Part shown: one piece after another, positions 51,853-64,000 of the stretch | How the letters are laid out: each line of letters begins with the position of its first letter | Numbering within the stretch: position 1 is the first letter of the stretch | Assembly: GCF_009914755.1 (NCBI RefSeq) | Contig: NC_060926.1 | DNA from: the human T2T-CHM13v2.0 reference genome, Homo sapiens | Strand: one strand, 5' to 3' | Length of the DNA stretch: 64,000 nt | The notes under the pieces: model-generated | The model's input: only the letters and a program-made list of their open reading frames with translations | What the model was told of the DNA's origin: nothing | Databases searched by the model: none | Translations under genes and position numbers: made by a program

Positions 51853-52636
51853 TCATCTTTTTGAATTTACTGTTTCTAGCATAAGATTTTTGTGACTTAA
51901 CAGTAGTTTTCCTACTCTTTTGACCTCTTTTTGTAGATCTTAAAATGGGTGGAGAGGAAAATTTAGATACGTAAATGAATGGAGACTTATTTTTTTATTT
52001 TATTTTTGAGACAGAGTCTCATTCTGTCGCCCAGGCTGGAGTGCAGTGATATGATCTTGGCTCACAGCAACCTCCGCCTCTCGGGTTCAAGCAGTTCTCA
52101 TGCCTCAGCCACCCGAGTAGCTGGGACTGCAGGCACCCGCCACCCACCCTGCTAATTTTTTTTGTATTTTGAGTAAAGACAGGGTTTCACCACGTTGGCC
52201 AGGCCGGTCTCGAACTCCTGACCTCAAGTGATCCGCTCACCTCGGCCTCCCAAAGTGGTGGGATTACAGACAGGCATGAGCCACAACCCAGCCTGTAAAT
52301 GAATGGAGACTTTAAAAAAAAGCGTTTGGTGGCATTACAGCAGAAACATAAATCTTCATATTTAGGCTAAATTAATCAGATTTATCAAAGGTTAACATTA
52401 TGGTTCCAGTTACTCAAAATAGTAAGTTTGATGCTTTAATAATTTGTTTCTTATTGCTTACTAAAATAAAGACATCTGTTAGTGTTCTAGATAGGAAAAT
52501 ATATTATTTGTTCATTTTAATTTCTTTCTCAACATTTTCACTTCCACTTTTCATAAGAAATGGTATTCTGAAAGTTGCGTTTTGTAGGCCACAATCATTT
52601 TTTCTCTAGCCCTTGTATAGTATGGAGTTACCCCTC

Positions 52637-52655
52637 TGGCCACTAGATGGAGATC
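52637..52655 (+). promoter_or_regulatory. Candidate CTCF site
   Basis: TGGCCACTAGATGGAGATC matches the CTCF core CCACYAGRKGGC except for one base; lies in non-repeat DNA. Confidence 0.5.
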
Positions 52656-53832
52656 CTGTTTCATTTTAAGAAGTATTTGGTAATATTCACATGTTAATGT
52701 TAACAGGCAGAATGTTACTTTAGAGACCCTCACCTATTTTAGAAAATAGTATGTTCCTTTTTTGAGAAGAGAGCATATTAAGTCTCAGCACACATTAAAT
52801 TATTTGCCATTAACTTAGTGGGGTATGCTACAAATTCTTATTGAAATAAATCTTTACCTTTTTAATAGTGGTCTTATTATATGGGGATGAATATTCTTTC
52901 AGATTATCAAGGGAAATTGCTGTTATCTGGGTTAATCTGACAATTCACAGATTAGAAAAGAACAAATGAAATCTAGAGAAATGTATTCAGTTGCTCAAGT
53001 TTAACTGGTTAGTAACGTGGTGATTATTAAACTCACTTATTTTCAAGTTGAAAAGCAAGATATAAATGGATTTTGTCATTATGAAAAATAAAAATGAGTA
53101 AGTGATGTGTTAGAGTAAGGTAGACATGAGAGAGCAGGCACAGGACTTCATTGGGAAAATTATAAAGTATCTACTGAATTGGCTGGTTATCTTAGTTAAA
53201 TGATGTTATATACTAGGATTAAAATTTTTAATTTCCCTAATATTGGTTTGACAGTTTTATAACAAACTATAATGTGTCAAAACCCATTACTGCATTTTGA
53301 TATACCATCTGATTTTTCTCACAGTGTATTTTGTATGTTTAAAGCTCTTTTTTTTTTACTTTATGTTACCTTTGGATATGTTTCTTTAAGAGTAGGTATT
53401 TAATTTCATAAGTATACTGTTTGAGAATAAGGTTAATTCTGTTGTCACGACAAATATCTTAATTTAAATATGACCATATTTATTAAATTTGAATTACTTA
53501 GTAGTTACATCAAAGTAAATGTGCAGTTGGAAACCTAGCCATCTTGCTAGGTCTCAGGGCTCTCCAAATTAAAAAGGACATAGAAATTGTATTAGTGCTC
53601 TTACAGGAAAAGATAAGGTTTGATACCAATAGAAAATACATAATTTTTATTATTTATAAAAATACTTTATTTTGTTGATATACACTGCCTGAGAAACAAA
53701 TAATGAAAAATTGTCGAGCTGTCGTAACATGATACTTAACTGTATATCCTTATTTATAGTTTTCATGGTAATAGTTCATATGAAACTGTCAAATTATGCC
53801 ATTTCTTTGTACTGTTTTAATAAAGAGTCTGG

Positions 53833-54536
53833 GAGCTGTGGTGGTGGTTCATGCCTGTAATCCCTTTGGGAGGCCAAGATGAGAGGATTGCTTATGCCCA
53901 CGAGTTTGAGATCAGCCTTGGCAACACAGTGAGACTTCATCTCTATTAAAAACTAAAATAGGCCGGGTGAAGTGGCTCAAGCCTATAATCCCAGCACTTT
54001 GGGAGGCCGACCCGGGCAGATCATGAGGTCGGGACATCGAGCCCAGCCTGACCAACACGGTGAAACCCCGTCTCTACTAAAAATACAAAAATAGCCGGGT
54101 GTGGTGGCGCATGCCTGTAATCCCAGCTACTCAGGAGGCTGAGGCAGGAGAATCGCTTGAAACCCCAGAGGCCGAGGTTGCAGTGAGCCACAACACTCCA
54201 GCCTGGGCGACAGAGCAAGACTCCATCTCAAAAAAATAAAAAAATAAAAATAAAATAATCTATCAGATTATTCTACTAATTAGAGTAGCAGGCCAGGTGT
54301 GGTGGCTCACATCTGCAATCCCAGCACTTTGGGAGGCTGAAGCGTGAGGATCACCAGCCTGGGCAACTTAGACCCTGTCTCTACAAAAGAACAAAAAATC
54401 AACACTCGCCTGTAGTCCCAACTACTCGGGAAGTGGGATCCCAGGAGGGCGAGGCTGCAGTGAGCCGTGATCATACCACTACACTCCAGCCTGGGTGTCA
54501 GAGTAGACCCTATCTCAAAAAAAAAAAAAAAAAAAA
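53833..54536 (+). mobile_element. Cluster of Alu monomer + AluS + deleted AluJ
   Basis: Three consecutive Alu heads with A-rich tails. Confidence 0.8.
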
Positions 54537-55256
54537 GGTAGAGTAACCTGCCACTTTATTTTTAGCCCAAAGTATATTTTAATAGTATTTTAATATGGCT
54601 CTAGTTTTTGTGACAGTTAGCTGAGCAGTACCAATAAAAATTAAAACACTTGCCTATGTTTAATGTATTTATTTCTATATATGGTCACTAGCAAGGCATG
54701 TTGATAGCGACTCAGAGTATCTATAACGTAAGTGCTTATCAACAAATGTTAATTCCTTTTATTTAGAGTTTTCATTTTTGTCAAGGGCATCCAATGTGGA
54801 AATGACTTTGGTATAGAATATATGACTCTGTGTTAAATAATTATGACTGGTAAGTTTTATAAGGGGAGGACAGGTTGCTTAAATTAAAATTTAGATGGGT
54901 TTTGAATTGCTTTGATTTGTACAGATTTGTAAAGTTAAAGTATTAGTTCACATCTCAGACACTTCAGGGATACCATTCTTGACTACCCAGCGTAGTCCTT
55001 TCTCTCCTATGAGCTGCTCACGTACCTAATCCTTATATTGTCACCTTTCACACTGTAGTCCAGCTATTAAGAAAAGCTTAATCAGATTTCCACATAACTA
55101 CCTACCAGATTAGCCATAACTCTCCATTTCTTCTATGAAACATCCCAGTTAAGAGTGAGCTGTGTTTGTTTCCAGATTTGTTTATGCCAGTTGTATTTCC
55201 GCTATATAATTGTTTTGCAAACTAGATGTTTTTATGGTAAATCATGAAATGCTTTA

Positions 55257-55376
<120 letters not shown>

Positions 55377-55899
55377 CTAAAAATACAAAAATTAGCCGGG
55401 TGTGGTGGACGGGCACCTGTAGTCCCAGCTACTTGGGAGGTTGAGGCACAAGAATTGCTTGAAGCCGGGAGGCAGAGGTTGCAGTGAGTCAAGAACGAGC
55501 CACTGCATTCCAACCTAAGTGACAGAGCAAGACTCCATCTCAAAAAACAAAAAGAAAGAAAGAAAGAGTTACTCCAGTTTACTTAGAGAATATATTAAAA
55601 TGTTAACAATGGTAGTTTTATTTTGTATTACCCACATTTATCAGAGAAATAATGTCAATATTTTATTGAAACAAGAAAGTTTCTTTTCTATGTAGTCTTT
55701 ATTTTTCTATGTGGCCTTATCTTTACAACTGCTTAACTACCAAAAGTCACGCTAAGGCTCATTTCTTTGGAGTTACTAAAATATAATTTCCAAAGACAGT
55801 TTTTAAAATATTCAGTGTTCATTAATGCTAACTAAAACTTCATTTTTCTAAACATTTTCATAGTCTTCTTTCCTATACTGACTAAATTTCCCTTTCCTG

Positions 55900-56479
55900 T
55901 ATTCAGTAGATTACTAGAGGCTTAAGGAAAACACAAACCTAAATGCAGTTTTATTTTAATTAATGTGTATTTTATATGTACTCTTAGAAAAATGGTTGTA
56001 GCATTTTTGCTGTTGTGTCTTGTATACGTTACTAAATCTTGTATGTTTTGGAGTAGTCCATCTTCAGTGTCCATATTCATTGCTTTGTCCTGTTTTTTTC
56101 CTCTGTGTAAAGTTAAAATTTACCTGTTTGCTTTGTTATAATTTTATTCCTCAAACTGGAAGCATCATATAGTAATTGCTCTTAGAGCAAGGGAGTTACC
56201 CTGGGATGTATGTCTTAATATTCTGGAGGTGTGCTTTTAAAGGATAGTTTCTAAATCTTTCTTGTTAGAGCCAGGTTTTGCCCTGAATGCAGTCCCTTGA
56301 ACGAGACCTTCAGAGTGTGGTATGGATGTAGACCAAAACAATCACTAAGAGGTTAAGTACTGTTCCAGCTATACCTAACATAGTCAAGATAGATTCTTCT
56401 TTTTCTTCTCTTCTTGCTTCTTAACATCTTCTGCTGTAGTGATGACAGAAGTACCAGTTTTCCCAGAAAATGTCTTCAT
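55900..56479 (-). ncRNA. BIRC6-AS2: Terminal exon of an antisense transcript (megamind-like, probably BIRC6-AS2); 3' end approximate
   Basis: - strand acceptor attctctttttctctag at 56480-56496; - strand AATAAA at 56143-56148 and 55950-55955; megamind/linc-birc6 is known to lie antisense in a birc6 intron. Confidence 0.65.
56310..56479 (-). pseudogene. Frameshifted TUNAR/megamind-family transmembrane microprotein ORF
   Basis: Manual - strand translation: MKTFSGKTGTSVITTAEDVKKQEEK / KEESILTMLGIAGTVLNLLVIVLVYIHTTL*; last 30 aa are 22/30 identical to the recalled TUNAR peptide; 170 nt from ATG to stop, 1 nt short of a frame. Confidence 0.85.
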
Positions 56480-56509
56480 CTAGAGAAAAAGAGAATGATT
56501 GTGAAGCAA

Positions 56510-56665
56510 ATTGCTAGAAAATGTATTTATTACAAATACTAGTACATACTAGAAAATTGCTAGAAAATACTAGTAAATACTAGAAAATTGCTAGAAAAGA
56601 AATACTAGCTAGTAAATACTAGAAAATGTATTTACTAGCAGAGAGCTAGTAAATGTATTTATTAT
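56510..56665. repeat. Degenerate CTAG-cored 10-11-bp tandem array
   Basis: Repeated ttgctagaaaa / atactagtaa / atactagaaaa units. Confidence 0.85.
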
Positions 56666-58419
56666 ACATGTTGCATTTCTTGCGTAGTTTTTCAGTGTGC
56701 AGTCCTACTTTAGTCTGTTAACGTGTTGGAAAATGATAGTAAATGAGTGTATTTTAATAGAATTTAAAATCTGTTATTTTTAACATTTGGGCTGAAGAGC
56801 CGAAAATATAATGAAAATGTAGAAGTTAGATTCTGCCATTTACGTATTCTGTATTTACTTAGATACTTAAAAATTTTTACGTATCTAACTAGGCTGATGT
56901 ATTTAATGTGAACTGCAATTTATATACAAAAAACTACACATACTTAGTGTATACAATTCGGTAAGTTTAGAACATCAACTCCTTTTTAAAGCAACTCTTT
57001 TGGGGAGCAGTTGAGCAGAATAGGGATTTAAATAATTTTTTCCTTTGAAGATTAGAGGATCATTGTGTCATTAATTTTATAATCTAGTATTGAAATTAAT
57101 TCCATTTTACTAATATTTTGAAAAAGCAATTAATAGCAGAGTTTATCTCTTAATAAAAGATTTATTTCCACAGATTAAACACATCACATATTTAAGCTTA
57201 AAATAATGGAGTTACTAAATGTCAGAGTTTTAAAATAATTAAAAGAGAAGTGCTGCTTACCCTACATTGCATCAGGAGTAAAGTGTTATCAGATATGTTG
57301 CTTTAGTCCACAATAGTGATGAATGAACCTTTTCTCTTCACGGAGGGCTTGTGAACAAAAGCTGAACAAGCTTCATATCAAAGATGGCAAATGTTTTCAG
57401 TATATCCTGAAGGGATGTATCTTCGCTGTTAGTAATCTGTGGTAAATTTCACTGTAACTATTTGATGTAAATTGCTAGCCTCTGCAAGTAAGTCACACTG
57501 TAAATAGGCTCTATTTTTTAGTTTTTTTAGGTTTTTTATATGCTGAATCACATATTTCCTCCAAAATGCTAATGTTTATGGTTATTTCTTTTGAATTTTC
57601 TGTCTGATGAACCTTTACACTGTTCTTTTTCTTTTCAGCTGTTTGAAGATACTTTTCCCCATTGAAATGTTTTAGTTCCAAATGCAGAAAGTGATTTTAT
57701 TCCTCTCCCTACTACCAGTTACTACTATAAAAATGAAAAAAATTGTTTATTGGCATAAGTTTTGTAATGTCACACACCCGCATCTGTAGCTGTTGATGAC
57801 AATTCCAAGATAGTCTTCAAGCTATGCATAAATCAGCAAACAGGCCCTTTTGAGGATTGGAAGGATAGTGACTTCACTTGCCTGGTTGTAAGCTGTAACA
57901 CTGATTAAACATGCATTTGGTGCTTGCTGAGTAAAGGAGCTGCAAGCTGCACTTGGAGACATGGTGTTGCATAACAGCGTGTTGTGCCTCTGTTCTTTGT
58001 CAGGCAGGCGCACATTGAATCCTGTAATAACAATGAAGTATGTGTAAAGGAGCTAAATTTGAAGACATCTAAGGGTTTTCTGATGAAGCTCTTCATGGCA
58101 AAAATAGAATGAAAGAATTCAAGATTGAAGTAGTTTTTATGTTGTTTTGTGCTTTAACAGGCAGGTTTTTATTAAGGGTTTATTATCTTTATCCATTCTT
58201 GTTGCTTGCTGACCACCGGTACACATTAATTTACAATAAAAGCACATGTCTTAAAAGGAGAGCATAAATCAGCTCTACATTAGTTTTCCAAGTTCTCCTC
58301 TTGGTGGGGGGGGTCTTCAAAATCTTTAAAAAAAAAAAAAAAAATAAGGCCGGCACAGTGGCTCACACCTGTAATCCCAGCACTTTGGGAGGCCAAGGCC
58401 GGTGGATCACCTGAGTTCA

Positions 58420-58725
<306 letters not shown>

Positions 58726-59189
58726 TTAAAGAAAAGCATACTTACGTAACTAATGGTTGTCAAGAAAAATACAGAAATACAAAAAACTTGATATTTTTAG
58801 TTTAAAATGAAGAAATTTGATATCTTGAGATATTTTTTAAAGTACAGTAATGAAATTTAAAGTTCTTTTTAAAATTTTAAAGATTTTTGTAAAATAAACA
58901 CACAATTTTATCTCTCACATTTTTTGGACTATTCCCAGTCTCGTGTGCCAGTGCTTATTATTACCTTGTTTTGCTAGCTTTTGCCTTCATACTCCTTGAT
59001 ATGAAGAGAATATCTTCTTCTATTTCCATAATGTAAGATTCCCAGTTGGCCTCTCCTAATGCTAACTCAATAGAGTAAAATATATACCAGTTAAATAAGA
59101 GGGAATAGCATGTTTCATTTATTTCAGAGGAGCTGTGTTGTTTTCTCTATGCCCTTTTGTTTACATGTGAATATAATGTAACTATATAT

Positions 59190-60144
<955 letters not shown>

Positions 60145-60395
60145 CTCATGAGTGATATACTTTCTAATTAGTATTCATTAATTATGAAATTTGAAATCGT
60201 TCGATTTCATTTTATTTTGATTTTTTTTTAGTTGTAAATTATATTCAAGGTTTTTTTTGAACCTAAAGTTTTTTTTAAAGTTTCTGGGATTATCTTTTAT
60301 GTTTATATGAAGAAATAATGCTTTAATCATGTATATATATATATATATTTATTTATTTATTTCTAGATTTTGCTGGGGGCAGTGGCTCACGCCTA

Positions 60396-60683
<288 letters not shown>

Positions 60684-60899
60684 TTAACAATTGGAATTAT
60701 CAGTTATATTTGTGCTTGCAAATTTGTGGGATCTCTTTTTCCCCTTCTCTTCCTTATTGAACTTTAGCATGCTAGACTGTCTTCATTATTCATGTATGGA
60801 GAAGAAGATTCTCATTTTGTGGTTTTGGTTGTTCTTAATACCTTCATAATAATTTAATTTTTAAAACATAAACATATCTTGTATTACTTGTATTCTTTT

Positions 60900-61750
60900 A
60901 TAATTTTATCTAAATTGCTGTTGAGTATTTTTAGGTTCACAGAAAATTGAGCAGATAGTACAGAGTTCCCATATATGCAGTTCCTACTCACAGTTTACTT
61001 ATTCATATTTTGCATTAGTGTAGTACATATAATTGATGAACTAATAGTGGTATGTTATTTTTAACTAAATTTATAGTTGAAATTCGAGTTCGCTCTTTAT
61101 GTTCTACAGTTGTGTGGGTTTTGACAAATGCGCAATTTTATGTATTCCACCATGACAGGATCACACAGAAGAGTTTACTGCCCTAAGAAATTCTATTAAT
61201 CCTGCATCCCTTCCTAATCCCCAGACCTCTGGTAACCACTGTTCTTTGTACTGTCTCCATAGTTGTGCCTTTTTCAGAATGTCATATAGTTGTAATCATA
61301 AGATCTAGCCTTTTAGATTGGCTTCTTTCATTTAATAATATACATTTAAGTTTTGTCCATGTGTTTTCATGGCTTGGTGGCTGCTTCCTTTTTTATCGCT
61401 GAAAAATATTCCATTGTATGAACATGTAAGTGTTTATTCATTCACCTTTTGAAGAACATCTTGATTGCTTCCTTTTTTTGGCATTTATGAATAGATCTGC
61501 TATAAACATTCACATACAGATTTTTATTCCCAGTTTTGTTTCACTGATCTATTTGTTTATTCTTTCGTGAGTACCACATTGTCTTAATTGTCGCAGCATT
61601 ATAGTCAGGTGGTCAAGTCATATAGTGTCAGTCCTCTGACTTTGTTCTTCAATGTTGTGCTGGCTATGCTACGTATTTTGCCTTTCCATAGAAACTTAAT
61701 CATTTGATTGATAGCCACAAAATAACTTGCTGGGGTTTTGGTTGGAACAA
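60900..61750 (-). mobile_element. L1M 3'-end remnant
   Basis: aggttcacagaaaattgagcagatagtacagagttcccatat… typical L1M 3'UTR. Confidence 0.7.
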
Positions 61751-62239
61751 TGTGTCCTCTGTTCTGTTTCTCTTTGTATGTTACATGAAGAGGGTTGAGA
61801 ACGGTGAAATACTATGTGCACTACTTTGCTAAATGAGTTTATAAAGCAGTGCAAATGGTAATCTTTGGGTACCTGGCTATATTTTTATCAGTATAAATTC
61901 TGATTTTTCAAATATTTCGATGTAGACAGGGAAATCATTCAAAACTGTGGATTCCATTCCAGCAGATGTAGCTAAAATGGGGGGGCAGGAGAAAACTGTG
62001 GAATAGGGAAGGTTTTTTCTAAGGCTTCATTATTGTGCCAGTCTCAAGTTGAAAAGAGGCTACATGATTGTACATTCAAGTCTTATGTTTTCCTATATTT
62101 GAAAAATAAAAACATTTATAAAATATATGCAATGTTTACTGGGTGCTTTTCCTCGTATTAGTGTTTTAAAGCAATTGAAGAAAATAAATATTTCAGTATA
62201 AAAAGGAGCAAATGTATATGAATAAGTACTTAAGAGAAA

Positions 62240-63285
<1,046 letters not shown>

Positions 63286-64000
63286 ATGAGTGGGGGCTGG
63301 CTAGAAGAGGGGATTGAATGTCAACTTCTTAGCCATGTGTACCTTCTAACTTAGCAGCAGGAGGTTGCTGTGGTAGGATGGGAAATGCTGACATCCTGCC
63401 CCTCACCCCGCTAGGAAGGCAGGCTTTCAGCTCTGTACTAAGGCATAGCTTTCCAACTTGGACCTCTGGGAGAGGGAGGCCTGTGTTCTTGGCTGTAGCC
63501 AGCTAGAGTGGTTTTTCTTTCTCATTGAGCTGAGGGTGGGGAAGAAAGGAGCAGCATCTTGATTCACATACCACAGACTCTTGCTTTTCTTACTGAGTTT
63601 TAGTACATTTTCTTGAATAAACGTTTCTTCATTTGCTGCATACTGTTAGGACCACTTCCAGAGATTTTAGATAGTTGTGTTCTTTTAAAGAGTATGTACC
63701 AGTTTCACTGGGGATCTGATCTGCAGGGATCTTCCCTCTCATGCTAGCAAGAAAAATTGAGTTCTCATAAACCAAGTAAAATATTCAAGCTTTCCTACTA
63801 ATTAAATGTTTTAGAACCTTACAGTGGAATATTTTGTATCCATCAAGTTCTTGAAAGTAGAAACCATCTATCTTGATATTGGGTAGAAAGAGGAAGTTAG
63901 ACACTATGGAGTATCTAGTTTTTATAAAATTCAACACATACCTAAATATACAATATCATGTACTTCTCCCCTATAAGACATATTTTATTAATTAAATTAC

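Noticed and set aside
57822-58096. Two 63-aa - strand ORFs as the antisense gene's product
   Set aside because: No recognisable homology, mutually overlapping frames; the TUNAR-like ORF is at 56310-56479

Overview
Human (or very close hominoid) genomic DNA from the middle-to-3' part of BIRC6 (BRUCE/Apollon), + strand. I traced 19 consecutive coding exons (286-48095). Their splice phases join into one uninterrupted frame of 4113 nt (1371 codons). The window starts and ends inside introns. The introns hold about 45 Alus, a near full-length Tigger4/Zombi DNA transposon, MLT1 LTR pieces, a 5'-inverted L1PA, old L1M/L2/MIR/MER remnants, and the MIR558 hairpin. Top finding: antisense in the last intron (56310-56479, - strand) is an exon encoding a paralog of the TUNAR/megamind single-pass transmembrane microprotein (…KEESILTMLGIAGTVLNLLVIVLVYIHTTL*). 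A 1-nt frameshift splits it into a 31-aa and a 23-aa ORF, both too short for the ORF track. Other observations: a near-perfect 294-bp inverted duplication fused to a half-Alu, a GC-AG intron, an exon whose 5' end rebuilds a consensus 5' splice site (recursive-splicing candidate), a candidate poison exon, and a dispersed ~150-bp duplication. Gene and repeat identities are recognised from memory, not from database searches. Repeat boundaries are approximate.
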